Position numbers and translations under genes: made by a program. From Candidatus Nanopelagicales bacterium (GTDB lineage Bacteria; Actinomycetota; Actinomycetes; S36-B12; CAIYMF01): a stretch of DNA of 64,000 nucleotides. Under the pieces are notes generated by a model. It saw nothing but the letters and a program-made list of their open reading frames with translations. It ran no database searches and had not been told where the DNA came from. Shown here in pieces: positions 29,788 to 41,314 of this stretch. How positions within the stretch are numbered: position 1 is the first letter of the stretch; the number at the start of each line of letters is the position of its first letter. Location: NCBI GenBank assembly GCA_038206635.1, contig JBBRAQ010000002.1, positions 164,442 to 228,441 on the forward strand. Direction: 5' to 3'.

Positions 29788-30762
29788 TCAGAGGGTGATC
29801 ACGACCTTGCCACGGACCTTCCCGGCCTCGAGATGACGGATGGCGTCGGGGACCTGCGCGAGGGAGTAGGACCGTTCGATGACCGACGTGATTCTCCCGT
29901 CGGTGGCGAGCTTGGCAAGACGCTCGAGGCCGGAGTAGTGCTCCTTGTTCATCGCCATCGTGAGTCGCTGCCCGACGAACGGGGACAGCGCGGCCGCCTG
30001 GACCTGGCGGCCCATGCCCGGGCTCCAGGTGCTGCCGCTCTCCCCACCGAGGATGACGAGCGTCCCCTTCGGGGTGAGCGCGCGGCGCAGACGTGAGACC
30101 GACGACACCCCGCCGATGTCGAGGACGACGTCGTAGGTCTGCGAGCCGTCGGCGAAGTCCTCCGTGGCGTAGTCGATGACACGCTGGACGCCGAGCGAGG
30201 CGACCAGGTCGACCTTCGACGAGCTGCACACCCCGGTCACCTTCGCACCCAGCGCCACCGCGAGCTGGACTGCGTAGGTGCCGACACCGCCGGAGGCCCC
30301 GATGACGAGGACGCTCTGCCCTGCCTCCACCCGGGCGACGTCGAGAGCCTTCAGCGCCGTGAGCCCGGAGATGCCGATCGCCGCGGCCTGCTCGAACGTG
30401 AGGTTCGCCGGCTTGTGGGCGAGCTTGTCCTCGAGTGCGGTCGAGTACTCCGCGAACGAGCCCTTGGCGATGCCGAAGACCTCGTCGCCGACGGTGACAC
30501 GTGTGACGTCCGCACCGATCGCGACCACGGTGCCCGCGACGTCCTGACCGACGACCCGCGTCTTGGGCGCGCGGAAGCCGAATCCCATGAGACGCATGAG
30601 GTACGGCTCCCCTGTCATCAGGTGCGCCGTCCCCCGGCTCACACCAGCCGCGTGGACCTGGAGAAGCACCTCGTCGGCGGCCTGCGTGGGCCGCTCGATG
30701 TCGCGGAGGTCGAGCACGTCGACCGAGCCGTAGGTGTCCTGGACGATCGCCTTCATAGTCAT
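29788..30762 (-). CDS. Zinc-independent MDR (quinone-reductase-like) oxidoreductase
   Basis: MKAIVQDTYG, GQDVAG, IGASGGVGTYAVQLA, GKVRGKVVI. Confidence 0.9.
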   Translation of the reverse strand: MTMKAIVQDTYGSVDVLDLRDIERPTQAADEVLLQVHAAGVSRGTAHLMTGEPYLMRLMGFGFRAPKTRVVGQDVAGTVVAIGADVTRVTVGDEVFGIAKGSFAEYSTALEDKLAHKPANLTFEQAAAIGISGLTALKALDVARVEAGQSVLVIGASGGVGTYAVQLAVALGAKVTGVCSSSKVDLVASLGVQRVIDYATEDFADGSQTYDVVLDIGGVSSVSRLRRALTPKGTLVILGGESGSTWSPGMGRQVQAAALSPFVGQRLTMAMNKEHYSGLERLAKLATDGRITSVIERSYSLAQVPDAIRHLEAGKVRGKVVITL

Positions 30763-30801
30763 TCTCCTGCTGAAAGTGGTGGATGGTTCGGTCGCCAGTT
30801 A

Positions 30802-30827
30802 CTTACGGCGTATGTTTACGTCGTAAG
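30802..30827. promoter_or_regulatory. Tandem putative TetR operators
   Basis: CTTACGGCGTATG followed by TTTACGTCGTAAG (palindromic consensus CTTACG-N-CGTAAG) upstream of the MDR gene. Confidence 0.6.
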
Positions 30828-30899
30828 TTAACGCACCATGGCCGGGCGTGTCCAGCCACGGGCCTCACGTCGTGTGACTCGGCAGGCGCTGGCGTGAGG

Positions 30900-31013
30900 T
30901 CAGGCAGGGCGGCGGTGGGTGCCGCGTGCCCGCTTGGCCAGGTTGGCCCGGCGCGGATCGCGCAGGATCTGGGCGACGTGGTCGCGGATGAGCGGCTCGT
31001 AGATGGCGGTCAT
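30900..31013 (-). CDS. Small basic peptide, 37 aa (MTAIYEPLIRDHVAQILRDPRRANLAKRARGTHRRPA)
   Basis: CAGGAG ribosome-binding site before ATG; clean intergenic ORF. Confidence 0.55.
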   Translation of the reverse strand: MTAIYEPLIRDHVAQILRDPRRANLAKRARGTHRRPA

Positions 31014-31172
31014 GGCGTTCTCCTGAGGTGTCGTGTGCTGCCGTGGGTGGCGGGGCGAGATCTGTTTCCTTGACAGTGCGGCCGCGGGACTCCTGGTCGC
31101 GCCGGTCAGATGGCCGGGTTGGCCAGTCCGACGTGACGCGGGTCCGGGCGAACTCAGACGGGAGGGGGTGCG

Positions 31173-31979
31173 TCAGACGGAGGCAGTGCGTCGAGCCGGA
31201 TCAGGAGACGGCGGAGGCGACGACTCCACGTCGACGACGTCCAAGGCGTCCGACGCCAGTACGTCGAGGAGCTGGGCAGCAGAGCGGGTCGATGCGCTGC
31301 GCGACGACAGCCGGGCAGCGATCCGGTCTGCGAGCCGGCCGACGTCGTCCCCGACGAAGCCCAGCAGGGCAGATCCGCGGGTGTGCTGCCACGTCAATCC
31401 GAGGAAGCTGAGGCCCGCGACGTCGCTCCAACCGCGAGCGCGCGCAACCGTGCCATCCTTGGCGCACACACCGGGGATGTCGATCCAGCTGTGGTCAGGC
31501 GCGTAGCCGGTAGCCCAGACCACGGACGTGGGCTGGACCCGCGTCCCGTCCTGCAGGATGACGTCCCTGCCGATCGCTTGGACGGCTCGCCCACTCACCG
31601 CTACGCCGCGTCGAGGCAGGTCCTTGGCACGGGCGCCGACCACGAGGGCGCTTCGCTGCTTCATCCAGCGGCCGCGCCGCGTGGACGTGGGAGCGGTCAT
31701 GACACCGAATCGGGTGAACCACCAGAACAGGTACCGACCGAGGATCCGCTGGGGCAGGTAGGACTGTTCTGAACCGATCGCGAGGACGACCTCATGGGTG
31801 GCGACGACGACGTGGCGGGCCATGATCTGGCCGTCGGTGGTGTCCGCCTCGAAGATGTCCTGCTGACGGCGGAGCCGCTCGACTCGGGTGTTCAGCCGGA
31901 CCGGGATGGTGAACGCCGCGGCGTAGCTGCGCAGGTAGACGACGACGGCGATCCGGGCGAGCCGCCTGGGTGAGTTCAT
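31173..31979 (-). pseudogene. Truncated, internally deleted flavin monooxygenase (CzcO/ArsO-like)
   Basis: YLRSYAAAF...ARHVVVAT joins directly to HEVVLAIG...LPQRILGR; VVWATGY and GLSFLGL are retained; both GxGxxG motifs are absent. Confidence 0.7.
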
Positions 31980-32020
31980 GGTGGTCTCTCTCGCGGGGAG
32001 TTCAGGTTCACCGGTATCGA

Positions 32021-32033
32021 CTTACGGTGTACG
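32021..32033. promoter_or_regulatory. Third copy of the putative TetR operator
   Basis: CTTACGGTGTACG about 20 bp upstream of the TetR start. Confidence 0.5.
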
Positions 32034-32053
32034 TTCGCTGCCAGGAGGTCAGG

Positions 32054-32728
32054 ATGTCCACGAAGTCCGGTCCGAGAGCCAAGCGTCGAGCGCCAGTGAC
32101 TCGGGAGGCGGTGCTGCGCGCAGCGATCACCGTGGCCAACGAGGGTGGGCTCGAGGCGCTGACGATGCGCCGGCTTGGTCAGGAGCTCGGGGTCGAGGCG
32201 ATGTCGCTGTACAACCACGTCGCCAACAAGGACGAGGTGCTCGACGGGATCGTCGACCTCGTCGTCGTCGACATCTCGGTGCCACCGGCGGGAACCCCGT
32301 GGAAGGCCGCAATGCGGGCACGAGCGATCTCCGCTCACGAGGTCCTGCTCGCCTACCCGTGGGCCTGCACTCTCCTCACGTCGCGCTACAACATCGGCCC
32401 GGGCATGACGCGCTACCTCAACGAGACGTTCGGCCGACTGCGCGAGGGTGGCTTCACCGTGACCGGCGCACTCGACGCGTGGAACACCCTCGACAGCCAC
32501 CTGTACGGCTTCACCCTCCAGGAGCTCAACCTGCCCTTCGAGGTCGAGGAGTCGGCGCAGGTCTCGGCGGACTTCCTCCCCCAGCTCCGCGTCGACGAGT
32601 TCCCCTACGTCACCGAGGTGCTCGTCGAGGTCATGGCGTCGGGCCGCACCGAGGACTTCACCTTCGGTCTCGACCTGGTGCTTGACGGACTCGAGCGAAC
32701 CCTCCGGCCGAAGCGACCACGCACCTGA
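32054..32728 (+). CDS. TetR-family regulator (TetR_C type)
   Basis: LTMRRLGQELGVEAMSLYNHVANKDEVLDG; F-TFGLDLVLDGL C-terminus; CAGGAGG ribosome-binding site. Confidence 0.93.
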   Translation: MSTKSGPRAKRRAPVTREAVLRAAITVANEGGLEALTMRRLGQELGVEAMSLYNHVANKDEVLDGIVDLVVVDISVPPAGTPWKAAMRARAISAHEVLLAYPWACTLLTSRYNIGPGMTRYLNETFGRLREGGFTVTGALDAWNTLDSHLYGFTLQELNLPFEVEESAQVSADFLPQLRVDEFPYVTEVLVEVMASGRTEDFTFGLDLVLDGLERTLRPKRPRT

Positions 32729-32793
32729 CCGATCGCCTCCCAGCGCAGTCAGGTGGGATGGTCAGACGACGTCGCAGCAGGTCCGCTGGGCCC

Positions 32794-33060
32794 TCACGAC
32801 CACCCGTCGTCACACCCCTCACCGGTCTCGCGGCCGATCGGCATGACGGAGATGAGCGTGACGCCCAGGTCGCGGATCTTCATCAGGAGCCCGTGCAGCT
32901 CTGCCTGGTCGGAGACGGGGCCGGTCAGGCGTGTCGTGCCATCACTGTCGTGGGCCAGGGTGAGGTCGCCGAACCAGGCCGCCCAGTGGTCGTCGAGGTG
33001 TCCGTCGATCCGGATCGCGTAGCCGGCCGGCGTCGCTGCTCGCTGCGTCGGGGCCATCAC
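32794..33060 (-). CDS. Small conserved-looking hypothetical protein (ACT-like fold suspected)
   Basis: YAIRIDGHL...WFGDL...GPVSDQAELHGLL..IRDLG; overlaps the upstream stop codon. Confidence 0.75.
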   Translation of the reverse strand: MMAPTQRAATPAGYAIRIDGHLDDHWAAWFGDLTLAHDSDGTTRLTGPVSDQAELHGLLMKIRDLGVTLISVMPIGRETGEGCDDGWS

Positions 33061-33743
33061 GCGATCACCTTCGTCCTGGCCCTGGTGCCCCGGTATCCAT
33101 CAGCCGGCCGACGGATCAGGAACTCCGCCACGGCGAGGTTGATGGCCCACCCCGCGCCCAGCATCAGATCGTTGACGAGTGGGCTCTTGCCGAAGATCGC
33201 GACACCCACGCCTTGGGTGAATGCCTGCGTACCCGCACCCAGGGCGAGCGCGTAGGCGCGAGTCATCCAGGCCAGGTGGGCTCTGACGTCACGGCGGCGG
33301 ATCGCGCCGAATCCTAGGATGATGCACGCCGCCATGCCCGAACCGACCGCGAGCCGCACGACGTAGGCCAGCTCACCGGTGCCGGGCTGGCGGGCGTAGG
33401 ACAGCGTGAGCCACAGCCCCGAGAACGCCACGACCAGACCGAGGCCGACGAGGACCCGTCCGGCCGCACGATGCCACCGCGGACGGCGTCGGCGCAGACC
33501 GGCGGAGAACTGGAAGGCGCCGAGAACGGCGTAGACCACGACGCAGACGATGTGGACGACGATGGGCAGCGGTGACGCCGATGCGCGGGCGTTGGTCGGC
33601 AGCAGGTGCGGACCGCCCGCCAGCTCGACGAGGCGCAGCGAGCCGGCGATCACCGGGATGAGCACCAGGGCGATCAAGGCGAACGGCACCCACCCGGTCT
33701 GACGTGTCGACCGGGTGGGGCGAGGCGCCGTCTGGACGGTCAC
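33057..33743 (-). CDS. DUF2306-like membrane protein
   Basis: VVHI...GAFQF..LRRRRPRWHRAAGR, HLAWMTRAYALALGAGTQ. Confidence 0.8.
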   Translation of the reverse strand: MTVQTAPRPTRSTRQTGWVPFALIALVLIPVIAGSLRLVELAGGPHLLPTNARASASPLPIVVHIVCVVVYAVLGAFQFSAGLRRRRPRWHRAAGRVLVGLGLVVAFSGLWLTLSYARQPGTGELAYVVRLAVGSGMAACIILGFGAIRRRDVRAHLAWMTRAYALALGAGTQAFTQGVGVAIFGKSPLVNDLMLGAGWAINLAVAEFLIRRPADGYRGTRARTKVIA

Positions 33744-34429
33744 GGGGCGCCGATGGAAGTGAGGTGCGAATCCACCGTGTCGGCTGCATGCGCAGCGTTC
33801 GTCGCGCCCTGCTCGCGCCAGAGGGACCAGCCCAGACCGATCAACGCGATTCCGTTGGGGATGGCGAAGAGCCGCTGGTTGACGTTCGGGAACAAGGGGA
33901 TCGTCATCGTGGCCACAGCGGCGAGGGACAGCAGCGCGGCCGCCCAGCGGGCGAGGACGTTGGCGCGGAAGAGCGCGATACCGAAGATGAGGCCGCCGCC
34001 GAGGTAGGTGAGCCCGGAGACCGCGAAGAGAGGCTGCAGCGCGCCGATGTCACCGACGGCGTGACCGCCGGTGGCCGCGGTGAGGACGTCGTTGACGTAG
34101 GCCGGTGAGCCCTTGGCCAGCGCCGGGAGGACGACCGCGCCCATGATCTCGATGCTCATCAGGACGAGGTAGCCGGCTCCGAAGAGCAGGTAGCCGATCA
34201 GACCGAGCACCCCCATCTGCTTGACCTGGCGCAGGTACATGCCCGTGATGCCGACGAGCGCCAGCACGGCCATGGCGATCTTCATGCCTTCGCGGATCGT
34301 GTACTCGGTCGTGCTGGCGAAGGTCGCGTCGACGTGCGGGTGGTTGATCTGGACGGCGATGAACAGCGTGCCCGCGGCGATGGCGCTGAGGCCTGCCGCT
34401 CGGGTGAGTCCAGCGGTGGTGATGGTCAT
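33740..34429 (-). CDS. Multi-pass membrane protein
   Basis: Five to six hydrophobic segments; AAGGAG ribosome-binding site; GTGA coupling to the next gene. Confidence 0.75.
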   Translation of the reverse strand: MTITTAGLTRAAGLSAIAAGTLFIAVQINHPHVDATFASTTEYTIREGMKIAMAVLALVGITGMYLRQVKQMGVLGLIGYLLFGAGYLVLMSIEIMGAVVLPALAKGSPAYVNDVLTAATGGHAVGDIGALQPLFAVSGLTYLGGGLIFGIALFRANVLARWAAALLSLAAVATMTIPLFPNVNQRLFAIPNGIALIGLGWSLWREQGATNAAHAADTVDSHLTSIGAP

Positions 34430-34554
34430 GTCGGCTCCTTGGTGCGAGGTCCAGGGCGGGCGCCTCGGGATCACGCTCAACGTAGGGACGGCGTGGGTGA
34501 CCGTGCCTCACCCAACGATGTGACCGACGGGGTGATCTTCGCCCGAGCTGGTGG

Positions 34555-37269
34555 CTAGGTCAGCCCGAGCTCGCGCGCGCGCCGCACCGCTGCGCGACGG
34601 CTGGTGACGTCGAGCTTGGTGAAGATGCTCTTCGTGTGGGAGCGCAGCGTGTTGGGCGAGATGAACAGCTCGCGTGCCATCTCCGGGCCGGAGAGCTCGC
34701 TGGCCAGCAGTCGGAGCACCTGCAGCTCCCGCTCGCTCAACGCCACTGACGGCGAGGACGCCTGACCCCTGGTCGGACCGGCCGTCTCGGCGCCCCGCTG
34801 GACGCCGACGGCGAGCAGTCGTCGCGCCTGGTCACGAGTGGGATCGAGCGTCGCAGCGGTGGCCAGGAGCGCGGTCATGGGTTGGCCCTCGTCCAGGAAG
34901 AGTCGGACGTAGCCACCGGGCTCCGGGGCCTGTGCCCAGGCGCGGGCAAGGAGTTCCAACGCCTGCGACCGTTCCCCCTGCGCGTCACGCACCAGGGCCC
35001 GGAGCATCCGGATCTCCAGCAGGCTGCCGGCCCGCCCCGAGGACTCGGCGGCGTCGGCCAGGCGATCCAGAATCGCGTCGGCCCGGTCGAGAACGCCGGG
35101 CTCAGGGTGTTCCCGGTGCTGGGCGAGGACGAGGCGGACGAGCGTGAGGTGGTCGAACTCGCGCAGGTAAGTCACCTCGTCGGTGAGCGACACGCCTCGT
35201 GCGCCCGCCCAGTCGACGGCGTCCGACAGCATCCCCTGCCCGATCCGGATCCGCGCCTTCATGGCCTCGATCGGCCGGACGTCGGGGAAGAAGCCGGATC
35301 GGTAGAGCCGCTCCGCCTGCTCCAGCAGCACGACGGCGGCCTGCGGGTCGTCCTCGGCGGCGGCTACCCGGCTCATGGCCACGAACCACCGGTAGCCGCT
35401 CTCCCCCATCGACGCCCGCTCGCCGAACGCTGCGGCGATCTCGAGGTGACGGCGTGCGCTCTCGATTTCTCCGAGCTCGCAGTCGACCTCGCTGAGGCCT
35501 GTGTGCAGGTCCGCTGTGGCGCGCGCCACGGCGTCGCCCAGCGGCTCGGCCCGTTGCAGCGCGACGTCGTACAGGGCCACGGCCCGACTGGGACGACCTG
35601 CAGCGAGCCACATGTCGCCGAGGACCAGCGAGCTGCTGAGCTCGTCGACGAGAGCTCCGGCGTCGCGCAGGCTCACCACTGCCTCGGTGAACGTCGACAG
35701 CGCGGTCGACACGTCACCCTGCGACCACGCGGCAAGTCCGAGGAAGCCGGCCGCACCACCGCGCGCCAGGTGGTCGGTAGGGCTGGCAACCTCGAGCGCG
35801 TGACGCGCGTGCTCGACAGTGCCCGCCAGATCGCCCCGCGCCTGCGCGAGCGAGGCACGGTAGAGCGCGATGGTCGACGGCAGACTGCGCAGCTCGTCGG
35901 TCTGGGCCCATCGCGCCGGTGCCCCATCGGCGTCAGCAGCGGCCAGCGCGCGTTCTGCGTCGTCGAACCGGGGCTCCACCTCGTCGAGGTCACCGGAGAC
36001 CATGAGCATGTAGCCGGAGAACACACTGAGCACCGGGCTGCTGCGAATGGTGTCGTCGGGAAGCTGCCTGAGCCAGCCGAGCAGCGTCGCCTCCTGCCGG
36101 TTGCGTCGCAGGGCAGGCGCGGCCTGCTCCATGAGGTGCGCGGCTCGCTCGAACTCTTGGGCGGCCAGTGCGTGACGGACCGCCTCCGTCACCAGATCGC
36201 GGCTCTCGTACCACTGGCTCGCGTGCTGGTGCAGCTGGGGGACGAGGTCCGGATCCTCGGCTAGCAGACGCACGCGGAGGACGTCGGCGAACAGGTGGTG
36301 GTAGCGGTACCACTCGCGCCGATCGTCGAGCGCCACGAGGAACAGGTTGGCGCGCTCGAGGTCGGCGAGCATGTCGGCCCCGTCGGCGCGGCCGGTGACG
36401 GCGTCGCAGAGCGAGCCGGTGAGCCGGTCGAGAACAGCAGTCCGTAGCAGGAACCGGCGCACCGGCTCGGGCTGGTGCTCGAGGACCTCCTCGACCAGGT
36501 AGTCGACGATGTAGCGGTCGTTGCCGGCGAAGCCCGCGATGAAGTCGGCGACGTTGTCGCGTCCCTGCATCGAGAGGGCGGCCAGCTGGAGCGCGGCTAT
36601 CCACCCCTCGGTGCGCCCTTCGAGCGCCACGACGTCGTCGACAGCGAGGTGCAACCCGATGACTTCGTTGAGGTAGCTCGTCGCCTCGTCGAGCGTGAAC
36701 CGGAGATCCGCTGCCCGAACCTCGACGAGCTCGCCGCGAGCCCGCATCCGAGCGAGTGGCAGGAGGGGGTCGACGCGCGTGCTGATGACCACGCGAACCT
36801 GCGGCGGAAGGTGGTCGAGCAGGAAGACCATGCCGGCGCGGATGCCCTCCCCGTCGACCTGGTGGTAGTCATCGAGCACCAGCCAGACGTCGTGCGTCAA
36901 GGCGCTGAGGTCGTTGAGCAGCGGGGTCAGGGCCGCGCCGTCGACCGGCTGCGCGGACTGCAGCAGCGGCAGTGCACTCGCACCGACGCCGGGTGCGACC
37001 CGCTGCAGCGCACTGACGACGTAGATCCAGAAGGAGCCCTGGCTGTCGGCCTGTTCGAGTGACAGCCAGGCGACGGAGGCTTCGCCGGTCGCGGCGCTCG
37101 TCAGCCAGTCGGCCAGCAACGTGGTCTTGCCGAACCCCGCCGGCGCCGAGACGAGCGTCAGCCTCGCGCCGGTCCCGCCGCTGAGACGGTCACTGAGCCG
37201 TGGCCGCGCCACCACCCCGCGCCGCAGCGACGGGACGTAGAACTTGGTCTCGACCAGAGGGCTCGTCAC
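34555..37269 (-). CDS. malT: MalT-like STAND/LuxR transcriptional regulator
   Basis: ETKFYVP, APAGFGKTT, LVLDDY, TEGWIAALQLAA, TPR-like region, C-terminal LSERELQVL LuxR HTH; the symbol marks family only. Confidence 0.85.
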   Translation of the reverse strand: MTSPLVETKFYVPSLRRGVVARPRLSDRLSGGTGARLTLVSAPAGFGKTTLLADWLTSAATGEASVAWLSLEQADSQGSFWIYVVSALQRVAPGVGASALPLLQSAQPVDGAALTPLLNDLSALTHDVWLVLDDYHQVDGEGIRAGMVFLLDHLPPQVRVVISTRVDPLLPLARMRARGELVEVRAADLRFTLDEATSYLNEVIGLHLAVDDVVALEGRTEGWIAALQLAALSMQGRDNVADFIAGFAGNDRYIVDYLVEEVLEHQPEPVRRFLLRTAVLDRLTGSLCDAVTGRADGADMLADLERANLFLVALDDRREWYRYHHLFADVLRVRLLAEDPDLVPQLHQHASQWYESRDLVTEAVRHALAAQEFERAAHLMEQAAPALRRNRQEATLLGWLRQLPDDTIRSSPVLSVFSGYMLMVSGDLDEVEPRFDDAERALAAADADGAPARWAQTDELRSLPSTIALYRASLAQARGDLAGTVEHARHALEVASPTDHLARGGAAGFLGLAAWSQGDVSTALSTFTEAVVSLRDAGALVDELSSSLVLGDMWLAAGRPSRAVALYDVALQRAEPLGDAVARATADLHTGLSEVDCELGEIESARRHLEIAAAFGERASMGESGYRWFVAMSRVAAAEDDPQAAVVLLEQAERLYRSGFFPDVRPIEAMKARIRIGQGMLSDAVDWAGARGVSLTDEVTYLREFDHLTLVRLVLAQHREHPEPGVLDRADAILDRLADAAESSGRAGSLLEIRMLRALVRDAQGERSQALELLARAWAQAPEPGGYVRLFLDEGQPMTALLATAATLDPTRDQARRLLAVGVQRGAETAGPTRGQASSPSVALSERELQVLRLLASELSGPEMARELFISPNTLRSHTKSIFTKLDVTSRRAAVRRARELGLT

Positions 37270-37465
37270 AGGAGCTACATCATGGACTGCGGCCGTGCCC
37301 GAGGACAGGAGCGCGGTACCGCCGCGTCCCTCAGACCTGGGGCAGGGCGGCGAAGTCTCTCCTGACCTGGCGGTACCACCCCAGGCCGGAGATCGGATTC
37401 CGCCTGTCCGGCGACCGTATGGCCGTGGCCTCGGCGGGTGCTTCTCCGATCCTGCTCGCCCGTCA

Positions 37466-39154
37466 TCAGGATGAGCCGGGCGACGGCGCACTCCCTGCGG
37501 ACGTGACCCTGGGCAGTGGCGCCCGAAGAGTGACGACGCCGTCCTCGACGTTCCGTGACCAGACGAGCCGGGTCGAGTCGAGCACCCGGAGCATCTCGTT
37601 GTTCTGTGCCAGCACGGTGCCGACGACCTCCTCGAAGCCGAGCCGCTCCGCCAGTACCACCATGTGCCGGACGAGCTGGGTGCCGATGCCGCGTCGCTGG
37701 TAGGCGTCCTCGACGATCACGGCAATCTCTGCCGTGTGGCCGTCCGTCGGTGAGTCCGGGAACACGTGCCCCAGGCCCACGATGGCGCCCTCCTCGCTCA
37801 TGGCGACGAGGGTTGCGCCCCGGTGCCCGCCGGTCAGGCGGCGGAGAGTGACGTCACGCCACTGCCCGACGGCGGTGAGGTAGCGCCGGTAGAGCGTCTG
37901 CTCGGAGCACCGCCCGTGCATCTCGGCGACTGCCACGGCGTCCTCGGGGCGGGCGAGGCGGATCCAGATGGTTCCGCCGGCGTTCATCGGCTCGACCCAG
38001 CCGAGAGCTTCCGCTTCGCCGGCCATGCTGGCCATCGCCGCTGCCAGACGCAGGAGCGCCGACGCTCGGGTCTTCTCGGCGCGGGCAAAGGGCGCCCAGT
38101 TTCGGTGCAGGACCACGTGCCGGTTGGCGGTCCACTGCAGCCGAAGGACGTCTGCCGCGTCGTCCTCTCCCTGCGTGGCGTCGATCACCTCGAACCGGTC
38201 GGCCTCAACGAGTGTCGCGGCGGCGAGCGGGGCCGAGCCGGGGTTGGTGACCAGCTCGGTGGCTCCGTCGAGCACCCGGGTCGGCAGGTCGCCGCCATCC
38301 TCGAGCGACCCCGCCATCACATAGCCGCTGTGTCCGACGGTCATGGCTGCCGCCAGGAGCGTCTCGGCGCCGACCTTGTCAGGAGCCATCAGCGCCAGGT
38401 CGATCGTGCGACTGCCGTGCCCGGAGTCCAGCACGTAGGCGGCGACCACATGGACGTGGAGCGTGCTCAGGGCGCTCAGCAGAAGGGACAGGCCGCCGGG
38501 CCGGTCCGGGATGTCGATGCGCAACCGCCACGGCGTCTGCGCCTCGTGGTCGGCGGACAGAAGGAATCCCACGGGTGCGAAGGCTGCGCCGATACGCGCC
38601 ATCAGCGCGTTCCAGCTGGCCTGCGTGGGCCGGCTCTCCGCCACGGGGTCGATGACCGCGAGACCCGCTGACAGTGCCAGGGCAAAATGGACGAAGGCAT
38701 CGTCGTCGATCCGGTCGTCGATGCCGCCGGCGCGCCGCGTCTGTTCGGTGACCTTCTTCAGGTTCGCCTTCCGCTTCCGGAGGCGGTCCCGCTCCAGCAC
38801 ACGAACGTCCTCATCGCTGTGGGACCTGGTGAGCGCTTCGAGCTCGACGACGTTCCAGCTGCGCTCGGGCGTCGCGAAGGTGTCACCTGCCACTTGGATC
38901 AGTACGGAGACCGGGGGTGCAGCGTCCGGATCGGCCGCCGCTGCGGCGATGCGAGCGGCGGACTCGGACGGCGGTCTCGTAGCCAGCACTTCGGCGAAGA
39001 GCTGCGCGCGGCTGCCAGTCAGCTGGCGGACCATTCGGGGCGTCACGCCGGCCCGCTCGGCCACCATGCGCACCTTGGTGCCGCCATAGCCGTTCTCCGC
39101 GAACAGGTCCGCTGCCACCTCGACGATCCGCTGCCTCAGGTCGTCGTCGGTCAC
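37466..39154 (-). CDS. TetR-ACT-GNAT fusion, putative amino-acid-sensing protein lysine acetyltransferase
   Basis: N-terminal TetR HTH; ACT (WRLRIDIPDRPGGL); Pat-type GNAT (RCSEQTLYRRY, AEIAVIVEDAYQRRGIG); GAGGAGG ribosome-binding site. Confidence 0.8.
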   Translation of the reverse strand: MTDDDLRQRIVEVAADLFAENGYGGTKVRMVAERAGVTPRMVRQLTGSRAQLFAEVLATRPPSESAARIAAAAADPDAAPPVSVLIQVAGDTFATPERSWNVVELEALTRSHSDEDVRVLERDRLRKRKANLKKVTEQTRRAGGIDDRIDDDAFVHFALALSAGLAVIDPVAESRPTQASWNALMARIGAAFAPVGFLLSADHEAQTPWRLRIDIPDRPGGLSLLLSALSTLHVHVVAAYVLDSGHGSRTIDLALMAPDKVGAETLLAAAMTVGHSGYVMAGSLEDGGDLPTRVLDGATELVTNPGSAPLAAATLVEADRFEVIDATQGEDDAADVLRLQWTANRHVVLHRNWAPFARAEKTRASALLRLAAAMASMAGEAEALGWVEPMNAGGTIWIRLARPEDAVAVAEMHGRCSEQTLYRRYLTAVGQWRDVTLRRLTGGHRGATLVAMSEEGAIVGLGHVFPDSPTDGHTAEIAVIVEDAYQRRGIGTQLVRHMVVLAERLGFEEVVGTVLAQNNEMLRVLDSTRLVWSRNVEDGVVTLRAPLPRVTSAGSAPSPGSS

Positions 39155-39398
39155 CGAGTCCTCCTCGACCGGGCGACGAGACTCTGACGCCCACAGGTTG
39201 GTCCACAACTGCCTCGTGGCACATCCGACACCCACCCGGATGAGCAGCACCACCCTAGGCGTGACGGCCCTCGATGGCGGCTCCCCGAGGCGCCCCACCC
39301 GACGCCTCACCAAGCGTCGGTGCCGTTGACCGCCTAGTGTCGAAGCGTTGGTCCCTGCTGCCGACCGTTCATTGTTGCGCCTGGGACCTGGAGGCGTG

Positions 39399-41234
<1,836 letters not shown>

Positions 41235-41314
41235 GCATCGAACAGCGAGCCGACGCCGTCACATCGGTGGCACGTCAGAACGCCCGCCGGGGCGGCCTGA
41301 CCGCGGTGCCCGAG

